59,002 bases of DNA from Thermoproteota archaeon (GTDB taxonomy: Archaea; Asgardarchaeota; Njordarchaeia; Njordarchaeales; Panguiarchaeaceae): positions 1 through 59,002 of the forward strand of contig JANJXX010000006.1 in assembly GCA_024720975.1 (NCBI GenBank), in the 5' to 3' direction. The translations under genes were made by a program, and so were the position numbers. The notes under the pieces were generated by a model that worked only from the letters and a program-made list of their open reading frames with translations, did not search any database and was not told the origin of the DNA. The stretch's first letter is position 1, and every line of letters starts with the position of its first letter. Below, one piece after another: positions 40,524 through 49,227 of this stretch.

Positions 40524-42572
40524 ATGAATAATAGGGCACGCATCCTAGTACTATCGATGCTTGTAGCCCTAGTAATGATGCCCTTACAAACAGTCGCAAC
40601 AACCTACAATATCTTAGAGAAAGCAATCCCAATAAGCACACACGAACCGATTAATAATATGGACGCAACAAGAGAAATGCCCTCCGCGAGATTAAGAAAT
40701 CTTGATGTTGAGATTAAGCACACTCCAATCAAACGCTTACTAATAGAACCGAAATTCCAAAACATCATCGTGATTCCTGCAGGTAACACAACAATAATTA
40801 CTGGTAATCAGACATACACTGATACTGGATTCGAGGTATATGGCAACCTGACAATAGTTGATGCAAATGTAATATTCAATGGGACTAGTGGAATAATTGC
40901 AAAGAATGGAAGCATTGTCAAGATAGTCGACTCTAAAACGGAATGCTATCAAACTTCAATATACACTATAGATGCAGAAGCTAACACTACAATCACTGTA
41001 GAAGGGGGAGAAATAGTCGGCTGTACTGAATTCTCTATTGGTCACAACTATGCGGATATAGGAGTAAAAGCAACCCTAACAATTAAGAACTCTAAGCTCA
41101 TTGATACACCACTCTATGCAATGTACTCCGATGTGACCATCAATTATGTTGAAGCTTTAGCGGAGGTTGGCGGAGGATACGATGCAATAACATTGGAAGG
41201 AGCAACTGCAACAGTCGAAAACTTAAACATTTGTGGAAAGAGTGGCCATGAATTCACTACTGGCCTTCACTTAAATGGAGTAGTCAGTACACTAACAGGT
41301 GTTAATGTAAATGGAACTTATCTTGCTCTATTTATGGAAAACTACACAAGCGCTGTGGTAAGAAACTGTATTTTTAAGAATAACTTGTTAGATATTGAAA
41401 TCGTCGTCGGCGTGGGGATCTCCATCGAGAACTGCAAATTTAATGCCATTAGCGTCGCATACTCAGTGGGTGTGAGTATTATTGGCTGCCAAATTGAAAA
41501 GGCAGCAGGAGAATATTCACCAATGTATTTTCCACTCTACTTCACTGATACAGAGAATGTAGCGCTGATAAATAACACTATGATAGGCCTATCACCAGTA
41601 TTTTACGGTTCTAGGTTTTACCATTTCTCAACGCATAAGATAGAGGGTAATAAAGTTAATGGGAAAAACCTATTATACTTAGTGAATGCGACAAACGAGG
41701 TAATAACTGAAGAATATGGAGCGATAATCCTAGTAGGTGTCGATAACGTAGTCATAGGCAAGCAAAATATATCTGACGTGACTTTAGCAATGGAGATAGT
41801 ATTCTCGAAACATGTGACTACAGAAAATCCACTGATAAAAAATGTCGTGTATGGGATGTACATATTCGGTTCAGATGTCATGATTAAAGACGGCAAGATA
41901 AAAGACGCTCTTGCGGGTATATGGGCAGAAGGATCGAATGTATCTATCAATAATGCTTACATGAAATACATACAGGAATATGGTATTTTCGCTAAGAACG
42001 CGACAATATTCGTTAACAGGACTCAAATTGTTGAAAGCGGGATTGGTATTATAATAAATGTCGGTAAATTAGAGGTTATGAATTCAGTAATCTATATGAA
42101 TGCTCTTGGAATATCGGTGGGGAAAGACACGAACACAACTGAGGTGCATTACTGCAGCATATACACAAACATGCAACATGGCATCTATTCAGAGGCTGCA
42201 ATTGTCATCAATGCATCTTACAACTGGTGGGGCGTAAATGGAGCAGCACCTGAGCTCAAGGAGTCCGGCGAGCCATTTGATCCCGAAGAGGTTTGGGGTG
42301 ATTTCACCGATGACACCTTCACGAAGCCTCTTAATGAGCCTATGTGGCTTCCATCTGAAGAAGGAGAAGAAGGCCCACAGCCTCCTCCACAGCCTCCTCC
42401 CGAAGAGGAAGGAGGAGAAGGTCCTGGAGGCGGTCTACCTGGAGTACCTACATCGGGTGTACTCGTCGCCTTAGCCTTAGCAATAGTGGTGGCTGCTATA
42501 ATAGTCATAATTCGCAGAAGGGTCCCGGTAGCTAAGATTGCAGCGATGGCTATTCGTGGGAGAGGAGCATAG
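40524..42572 (+). CDS. Secreted right-handed beta-helix (NosD/CASH-like) surface protein with Pro/Glu linker and C-terminal TM anchor
   Basis: Signal peptide; repeated I.NC/GI.. units; N.VNGK..LY; INASYNWWG; EEGPQPPPQPPPEEE linker; TM followed by RRR. Confidence 0.85.
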   Translation: MNNRARILVLSMLVALVMMPLQTVATTYNILEKAIPISTHEPINNMDATREMPSARLRNLDVEIKHTPIKRLLIEPKFQNIIVIPAGNTTIITGNQTYTDTGFEVYGNLTIVDANVIFNGTSGIIAKNGSIVKIVDSKTECYQTSIYTIDAEANTTITVEGGEIVGCTEFSIGHNYADIGVKATLTIKNSKLIDTPLYAMYSDVTINYVEALAEVGGGYDAITLEGATATVENLNICGKSGHEFTTGLHLNGVVSTLTGVNVNGTYLALFMENYTSAVVRNCIFKNNLLDIEIVVGVGISIENCKFNAISVAYSVGVSIIGCQIEKAAGEYSPMYFPLYFTDTENVALINNTMIGLSPVFYGSRFYHFSTHKIEGNKVNGKNLLYLVNATNEVITEEYGAIILVGVDNVVIGKQNISDVTLAMEIVFSKHVTTENPLIKNVVYGMYIFGSDVMIKDGKIKDALAGIWAEGSNVSINNAYMKYIQEYGIFAKNATIFVNRTQIVESGIGIIINVGKLEVMNSVIYMNALGISVGKDTNTTEVHYCSIYTNMQHGIYSEAAIVINASYNWWGVNGAAPELKESGEPFDPEEVWGDFTDDTFTKPLNEPMWLPSEEGEEGPQPPPQPPPEEEGGEGPGGGLPGVPTSGVLVALALAIVVAAIIVIIRRRVPVAKIAAMAIRGRGA

Positions 42573-42702
42573 TCTTCCTACTTCTATTTTTTAGTCTTCC
42601 ATTTTTAACTTTTCTTTCCTAAAGTCCACACAATTAAGTTAGAGTCACACAATTCTATGTTTATAAAAAAGAGTAGGAATTATATGCTTATACTATTTAG
42701 CT

Positions 42703-44373
42703 TCAAAGATGCACGCCGAGTACGGTGAGTAGAGCTAGGATAAAACCTACTATTCCTTCGCCACCTAGTATTCCAGATGCTGCGATTATTCCCTCTTTTT
42801 CCGTCTTGTTGCCTCTCTGGGCAAGTAGTAATCTTATCGTGCCTCCTATAGCTGCCAGTATAGCTAATGAGAAGCCTAGGAATATGCCGACGCCAAATGC
42901 TATAACACTTAGTGGAATTTTTCTGCCTTGTTTTTCAAATGTACTCATGAGACCCTCAAGTAAGAATCCTGCTAGTATTCCCCCTATGAAGAATTCTGGT
43001 GAAACTTTTCCTACGAGTACTGATGCGACAAGTTTCGATTGCGCAGCCGTTGGGTATTGGAGAGATAATACTTCGGGATGCGCCTTAAGGATGACTATTA
43101 ATGCCAGGGAAGCTGCTATTCCACCTACTATTGAGGCTATCATGTCGCCGTAGGCTATATCAGCTGGTCTAGTTCCTATGATCTTGGCACTCTTGAAGTC
43201 ATGACCTATGTCTCCAGCCAGTGCTGATGCTATAGATACGAATGCAGTTAACAAGATTGCTTGATTAAGGTCCATAGTTACACCAAGAAAGCCTAGGAAT
43301 TGCATTGTGAATATACCTACGAGTAATCCAAATTGTTCGAGTGGGTCTATGTTAGTCTCTCCAGTAGTTTTTCCAGCTATTGTGCTCATGATCCATGCTC
43401 CTATAACACCCAGGAGGGCTCCAAGTGGATTTATCCCAATGATTACTAGTAGGAAGTAGCTAACTATAGAGAGAATCAGAGGAAGTCTTAGAATTAATGG
43501 AACAGACTTTAGCGTAAAGAAGGCTTTATACACTTCTCCAGATCTTGGAAAAGCTTTGAAGCAAAGAAATCCTATGCCTGCGCCAAGAACAATGCCCATA
43601 CCAAAATTGCGGACTGGGGTCATAAAGTCTCCATACCCAATCACTTGAAATATAGGCATCAATATTACCCAGCCAGCAATGGCTCCTGCGAACCATGAGA
43701 ATGAAGGTACAGGCCCCATTATGTACCCAGCACCAGCTGCCATGAGGAGTGGAAGTACCTGAATAATTATAACAACTGACAGAACGTGAATCTCCCATGA
43801 TAGTATATTGATCTTTAGCATCCATCTAGCAATAGTGAATGCTGCAGCTAGGAGGCCAAAAATGAATAGGATTTTCGCTTCATGACCACCTTTCTCGATT
43901 GCTATGAGGACTTCAGCTCCCGCTCGTCCCTCCGGAAACGGTAGATCCTCACGATCTATGGTAATCCTCCTGACGGGGAGGGAGAGAGCAACACCGAGAA
44001 GAGCACCAACAATGCTTATAGCAATAATAGTACTCATTGGAGGCAAAGGAAGGTTGTAATTGTAGTTTTGGGAGATGACTATGTAAGCCGGTATCGTGAA
44101 TGCCACTCCCGCAGCTATTAGCCCACCAACACTGCCCCCTGCTTGAGCAACATTAGCCTCATGCATGCTGTGACGTCTATTAGATACTACATCCAATGCA
44201 ATGAGAGAAACATATGAGACAACTACAGACAGTATCACTGGCCATGGCAAAGCAGAGAGAAATATCGCAACGTAAGCCGAGGATACTCCGACAAGCATAG
44301 AGATTAAACAAGCAATGAGAATTGATCTTAGGCTTATTCCACGCTCTCCCTCAAATTCAGGATTCTGCTCCAC
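42703..44373 (-). CDS. OPT family oligopeptide transporter
   Basis: LPFPEGRAGAEVL, GETNIDP, DIGHDFKSA and ASGILGGEGI motifs. Confidence 0.9.
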   Translation of the reverse strand: MEQNPEFEGERGISLRSILIACLISMLVGVSSAYVAIFLSALPWPVILSVVVSYVSLIALDVVSNRRHSMHEANVAQAGGSVGGLIAAGVAFTIPAYIVISQNYNYNLPLPPMSTIIAISIVGALLGVALSLPVRRITIDREDLPFPEGRAGAEVLIAIEKGGHEAKILFIFGLLAAAFTIARWMLKINILSWEIHVLSVVIIIQVLPLLMAAGAGYIMGPVPSFSWFAGAIAGWVILMPIFQVIGYGDFMTPVRNFGMGIVLGAGIGFLCFKAFPRSGEVYKAFFTLKSVPLILRLPLILSIVSYFLLVIIGINPLGALLGVIGAWIMSTIAGKTTGETNIDPLEQFGLLVGIFTMQFLGFLGVTMDLNQAILLTAFVSIASALAGDIGHDFKSAKIIGTRPADIAYGDMIASIVGGIAASLALIVILKAHPEVLSLQYPTAAQSKLVASVLVGKVSPEFFIGGILAGFLLEGLMSTFEKQGRKIPLSVIAFGVGIFLGFSLAILAAIGGTIRLLLAQRGNKTEKEGIIAASGILGGEGIVGFILALLTVLGVHL

Positions 44374-44829
44374 TGGTGATCACTGGACTAAGCTTTCCGA
44401 TTGAGGTGTCAAAGAATCATTTCAGCATTTAAGTATTAAATATATATCTCAACCATTGCATTAATACACAGCGGAGCAATGAATCCTAAGCTTTACGGTT
44501 ATAATCGCCTGAGCTATGGCTGGGTTGCTTTTCAATTCTTCGGGATAATGCCTCCCTGGAAGACTTAGTTGTAGCCCGAGGACAATTGACACTACTGAAA
44601 CTATCCTAGGAGATACGCACTTCCGTCTTGATAGTTACAAACGTCATGGCGTAACATGTTTAGCGCTGTCTTGCTTAACTCATTTCTTGGCAGTCAAAAC
44701 ACTCAGTTAAGGAGTTTTTCAATTCTACTAGTCTTGTAGAGCTTTCACTCATTTATCAGATTTATTCCATAAAAGCAATGCCGATAAAAAAAATCAGAAA
44801 GAGGTTTTAGTAGGCTTTCAAGTAATTTT

Positions 44830-45522
44830 TTACCAGGCCTTCACAAGGAAGAATCTTATCCCCCTGTCCATATAATGGTAGTTCGGTTTTGAATAGCTGT
44901 ATTCGAGGCTGTGGAGATGTTTGAGAATGAGACCATATTTCTTGAAGTACTTAAGCATCGTTGAGATTGGTATTAATGTATTTGTGAGCCTGTCCCATAT
45001 AACGAGTGGGTATCCCATGTATAATTCACGAATGAGAGCATCAAGGACCAATACCGCCTTATCATTCATGAGCTTTACTAGATTAAAGAAAGCCGTTTCC
45101 GTCCTCTCTAAAGAGTCAGTGTGATTAATCACAAATCCAAGACATAGAACAACGTCAAAGTAACCGTGAGCATCGATGAAATCATCAACACTCTTGGGAT
45201 CGAAGATATCCAATAGATACGTTCTCCCTTCAAATTCAGAATACTTTGCCGTTGCTATATTTAGAAGCTCTGGGAGTATATCAGTAAGGTATACTTCAAA
45301 ACCATAACGGAATGCAGCCCTAGATAAACGACCAGTTCCTCCTCCAACATCAATGAGACGTCGCTTGCCTTCCTTGCCATTCTCGTTTAAAAGTCCAAGT
45401 ATTAGACTCCACATATCAAAAGTAAAGTCTGACTCTGAAGTTATCAGCTCCTCATCCATAGAGTTATAGAACTTAGACAACCTTTCTTTTTCGTGGTCTG
45501 ATATGTACCCACTATCTCCCAT
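44830..45522 (-). CDS. Class I SAM-dependent methyltransferase
   Basis: Motif I LIDVGGGTG, acidic TDI, FDVVLCLG.V.NH, VLVLD. Confidence 0.85.
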   Translation of the reverse strand: MGDSGYISDHEKERLSKFYNSMDEELITSESDFTFDMWSLILGLLNENGKEGKRRLIDVGGGTGRLSRAAFRYGFEVYLTDILPELLNIATAKYSEFEGRTYLLDIFDPKSVDDFIDAHGYFDVVLCLGFVINHTDSLERTETAFFNLVKLMNDKAVLVLDALIRELYMGYPLVIWDRLTNTLIPISTMLKYFKKYGLILKHLHSLEYSYSKPNYHYMDRGIRFFLVKAW

Positions 45523-45921
45523 CTAAGACACCAAAACTGGGGGGAGCGTTCCCTTTTGCTTACCCCTACCTTTCTATAATGCCTCTATACCAATATAATA
45601 CATTAATGAATAATCCTATTAATATATATGCGTAGTATTACTCTATTGCATAATAGTTTCATGAACGCGATATAAATAATCGGAAGAACTGCTATTACTG
45701 CAATTAAGCGTATTATGATGCGATTAGAGAACAGGATAAATATGCGAGATAATTCATTATCGATGCATCAAAAGCAGGTCTATAGCATTAGGCATTAGAG
45801 ACTTCTACAAATCCTTTGTTACGTGGTATATAAACCACAGAATGAATGCACTAGAATTTTACATAATCTATTAAGAAGTACAATTTGCAGTAGTATTCTC
45901 TTTTAGAATGTACCCGGTGAT

Positions 45922-45990
45922 ATGAAGTGGCAGAAAAGAAGAAGAAAGAGGAGAAGAAGAAAGAGGAGAAAAAGCCACCTGCATAGATAG
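45922..45990 (+). CDS. Unannotated tiny ORF: either MKWQKRRRKRRRRKRRKSHLHR (eL41/eS32-like) or, in the overlapping frame 45927-45986, MAEKKKKEEKKKEEKKPPA
   Basis: Purine-rich island in an AT-rich intergenic region, preceded by GGTGA and followed by T-rich terminator-like tracts. Confidence 0.4.
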   Translation: MKWQKRRRKRRRRKRRKSHLHR

Positions 45991-46084
45991 CAAATAAATA
46001 CAACTCTTTTTAAGTTCTCATATTTCTTTTATTCTTCTTTTTCAAAATAAATGATCTTGCTTCCTCCAATAAGGTGTTACCGTA

Positions 46085-46720
46085 GTGGACTTGCTCTTCT
46101 TCTTACCTAAAAGTCTGACACATAATATTAAGCATAAACTAACTGCTAGACATACCTACCGAAAAACTATAATCACATTCAATGGCATCAAACGAGTAAA
46201 GTTGCACGTATATAGTGTTGGCAAAGGTCTGTGTGAAATCCTTGGGCCTCTTGTAGTTGAGTACGATGAGAGGGTCTTCCCACGGTTCAGATATGGAGCT
46301 GATGTAGTGCTTGAGATTTTCAAATTGAGGGAGAAGGAGCAATTCTCCTTTCAGGACATTGTCTACATATTGAAGGATAAGTATAAGTGGCTAGGGCTCA
46401 ATAGATGCACAGTCAAGAGACTCTATGACTTTGTAACAGATATCATTATAAATGCCATTCAGGGATCAGATAGCGATTGCGAGCTCATTAAACTCGTTCC
46501 CGATAAGCTACTACTGTTGATAGTACCCCAAAATAAGAAATTTATAAAAAGTGCACACCCGCCGATACCAGCTGCAAAGAAGGATGTTATATTTGTTAGC
46601 AATAGTGCTAACTCATATCTCTACAAGCTAATAACATACATTGAGCACTATCTGCAAGACAAACAATTCCAGGTCAAAAGTCTATCTAAACCAAATTTTA
46701 AATGGAACCCGCAAGGTTGA
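46085..46720 (+). CDS. Hypothetical protein with a predicted HTH resembling transposase N-terminal DNA-binding regions
   Basis: YGADVVLEIFKLR...SFQDIVYILK...LNRCTVKRLY has an HTH-like pattern; no DDE catalytic domain is evident. Confidence 0.55.
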   Translation: MDLLFFLPKSLTHNIKHKLTARHTYRKTIITFNGIKRVKLHVYSVGKGLCEILGPLVVEYDERVFPRFRYGADVVLEIFKLREKEQFSFQDIVYILKDKYKWLGLNRCTVKRLYDFVTDIIINAIQGSDSDCELIKLVPDKLLLLIVPQNKKFIKSAHPPIPAAKKDVIFVSNSANSYLYKLITYIEHYLQDKQFQVKSLSKPNFKWNPQG

Positions 46721-46745
46721 GACTATATTCTTTATAAACAATTAC

Positions 46746-46967
46746 AACAACTGAAAGCTCCGCTCTTCAGGGCGGAAATGATGATATAGCAAGGTTTTAA
46801 ATCCTGTATCCTTTGGTATATCCTGTTAATTCGAGCCATATCCCTGAGCCCTACATTATGCGGGATAAGGTAATACGCCTGAGACTGGCCGGGGCTGAAC
46901 CAGCAGGAGCCAGGAATTTAGCTCAAACCTTTCAGATCCTTGCTCTTCAGATTAAGAAGGAGGTCAA
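46746..46967 (+). mobile_element. About 220-bp non-autonomous IS200/IS605-type element with omegaRNA-like interior (no ORF)
   Basis: TTAC|AAC AACTGAAAGCTCCGCTCTTCAGGGCGG ... CCCTGAGCCC...GGTAAT...CCTGAG...GGGGCTGAACC...AAACCT ... GGAGGTCAA|. Homologous to 35279-35515. Confidence 0.78.
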
Positions 46968-47097
46968 AAGATCTCGCCATTCAGAACTTTGAATATGTAC
47001 GATCTATAGGATTTAAACAATCGCTTCTTTTTTAAGTCTCATTGCTTATGATGTATTCACTGCTGCCTCTGTCATTAGGAGTTTGAGGTGTTTGGAT

Positions 47098-47976
47098 ATG
47101 ATGAAGCCAGCCATTATAGCTCATGGTGGGGCGGGTGATGTTCCACTAGATCTCGCTAAAAAGCGCCTTGATGGTGTCATTGAGGCAGTCTCTTATGCAT
47201 GGGATCTACTCATTAGTGGGGACTCTGCTTTAAATGCTGTTGTCGAGGCCGTTCGTATAATGGAGGATAATCCATGGCTTAACGCAGGGCGTGGCTCAAG
47301 CTTAAATGCAGATGGATATGTGGAGATGGATGCTCTTGTTATGGATGGCACTACCCTGAAGGCTGGCGCTGTTGCTGCAGTGAGAAGAATCAGAAATCCA
47401 ATTTTGCTTGCGCGTTTAGTGATGGAGAGAACAAATCACATTTTATTGGTTGGAGAGGGCGCTGAGAAGTTTGCCCAATCACAGGGAATGAAGCTTGTTG
47501 ACCCTGAGGAGCTTATTGTGCCTTATCAAAGGGAGAAATGGGAGAAAGCCAAGATGACTAGTGGTGCGTCCATTGATACTGTCGGGGCTGTAGCTCTGGA
47601 CTTCGAAGGGAATATAGCTGTAGCTGTTTCTACAGGTGGGTTATTTATGAAACTTCCAGGGCGCGTTGGCGATACACCAATAATTGGTGCTGGTGGGTAT
47701 GCTGATAGCAATATTGGCGGTGCATGTGCCACTGGACTTGGTGAGGCTGCTATGCGTGTTTTGCTCTCTAAGAAAATCGTTGATCTGCTAGAGATGGGAT
47801 ATGATCCTCAAACCGCAGCGAGGATGGGAATAGAATACATGGAGAAAAGAACCAATGGTTCATGTGGTGTTATAGTTCTCGATAAATTTGGGAGAGTGGG
47901 ATTCTATAAGAATACAAGAATGCTACTATATGCCTATAAGACTAAAGATAAGTTTGATGCGCAAATCTACATTTAA
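47098..47976 (+). CDS. iaaA: Isoaspartyl peptidase / L-asparaginase (Ntn hydrolase)
   Basis: HGGAG, NAGRGS, EMDA, autocleavage site D|TVGAVA, STGG, GRVGD, TGLGE. Confidence 0.95.
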   Translation: MMKPAIIAHGGAGDVPLDLAKKRLDGVIEAVSYAWDLLISGDSALNAVVEAVRIMEDNPWLNAGRGSSLNADGYVEMDALVMDGTTLKAGAVAAVRRIRNPILLARLVMERTNHILLVGEGAEKFAQSQGMKLVDPEELIVPYQREKWEKAKMTSGASIDTVGAVALDFEGNIAVAVSTGGLFMKLPGRVGDTPIIGAGGYADSNIGGACATGLGEAAMRVLLSKKIVDLLEMGYDPQTAARMGIEYMEKRTNGSCGVIVLDKFGRVGFYKNTRMLLYAYKTKDKFDAQIYI

Positions 47977-47999
47977 TCAACTCTAAAACAGATAGTAAT

Positions 48000-49073
48000 T
48001 CATTGAATCACAATTTTTGGTTTTTGACCTTCCTCTGCAACTACTTTTACGACAACACTATCAGTTAATTTCAAAACTTTTGCCTCTTCTTTACTTATGT
48101 AGATTGCATATCCAGCTCCAAGCTTTGATACTTTTCTTACTGATGCAGACAAAACCCCGCTCTCACCCTTGAGTACCTTAGAGGCCAACTTCACGACGCC
48201 TCTTAATATAACTCTTCGTTCGATAAACTCAGATAGAATTATTGCCTTTTTGAGCTGCCTAAGGTCAGCCTCAATATCTTTGAGAATATTGACTAATTCG
48301 GGTTTAGACTCTAAGGTTGGAGGTATGAATGGTATTGCCCCGCCCTGAATAATTGTCTTAGCTAACTCTATGCTCCCCTCGACTTCATGTAACCGCTGAA
48401 ATAACTCAACCTCACTGTTCACCCTAAAGCTTATTCTGACGCTTTCAAACAACTTTTGAATCTTCCCCAGGAACTCCGTTACATTAAACACTCTAAGAGA
48501 ACCATCACTATCAGGTACATAAGTTAGCACAGAACCATTAGCCTTCCAACTCAGTATTGGGAGGTAAATATTGTTTAAACCTACATTCGATTGAAACCAT
48601 CCATTTTCATCTGGAAGCGAAATATAAGCATCAGAGAATAGTCTTCCAACTTTCTTCACGTCTGAAATCACCTGAAATTTCATATCAAGAAATCTAACGA
48701 CAAATCCGCCGAGCAGCCTGAAGGCTTCGGTAGGTCTATCATATGCATATGTTTCATATATTGACCTTAGCGCACCTCTAAGACGATCAGGACTGCAACT
48801 TTTGCTAACTGCCAGTATTGGTATGTCATCTGCAAAATCTCCACGAATCTCGGGATATTCGGCCAGGATAGCAGTCAGATATTCTAGGTAGGCTTTGGAG
48901 ATTTCTGGAATAAAATTCTTCACAAGTATATGCTCATTGGTCTCACTAATTACTATGGTGTGCCTATCGTCCTGGGTTAATTGGATGTAAAACTCCTCGT
49001 TTAACTCATTATAATCCCTGTTTAATAGCTCACGAAGAATTTCAGCAACAACTCTAGTTGTCAAATGAGACAT
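48000..49073 (-). CDS. Hypothetical protein with a C-terminal AbrB/SpoVT-like swapped-hairpin region
   Basis: C-terminus RKVSKLGAGYAIYISKEEAKVLKL.DSVVVKV matches the AbrB-type pattern by eye; the remainder is unrecognised. Confidence 0.6.
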   Translation of the reverse strand: MSHLTTRVVAEILRELLNRDYNELNEEFYIQLTQDDRHTIVISETNEHILVKNFIPEISKAYLEYLTAILAEYPEIRGDFADDIPILAVSKSCSPDRLRGALRSIYETYAYDRPTEAFRLLGGFVVRFLDMKFQVISDVKKVGRLFSDAYISLPDENGWFQSNVGLNNIYLPILSWKANGSVLTYVPDSDGSLRVFNVTEFLGKIQKLFESVRISFRVNSEVELFQRLHEVEGSIELAKTIIQGGAIPFIPPTLESKPELVNILKDIEADLRQLKKAIILSEFIERRVILRGVVKLASKVLKGESGVLSASVRKVSKLGAGYAIYISKEEAKVLKLTDSVVVKVVAEEGQKPKIVIQ

Positions 49074-49206
49074 TCTACGTCAACCTACTTATCAAAACTG
49101 CATCAATGCTAACTATATCAAATAATATGCTAATCTACAGATAAAATAGCATAATACAGACCGAAAATATTAAATTCAATATTATATGCAAAGTATGTTA
49201 GTATGT

Positions 49207-49227
49207 ATGTTAAACAATGTTTAACAT
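49207..49227. promoter_or_regulatory. Perfect 10-bp inverted repeat, candidate operator between divergent genes
   Basis: ATGTTAAACA-A-TGTTTAACAT, flanked by additional TATGTTA copies. Confidence 0.5.

Noticed and set aside
42355-42430. CCACAGCCTCCT tandem repeat and GAA-rich tract
   Set aside because: It encodes the Pro/Glu linker of the surface protein; not a separate element.
44400-44830. Long intergenic region possibly hiding an ncRNA or pseudogene
   Set aside because: No convincing stem, box C/D pair or protein motif could be identified by eye.
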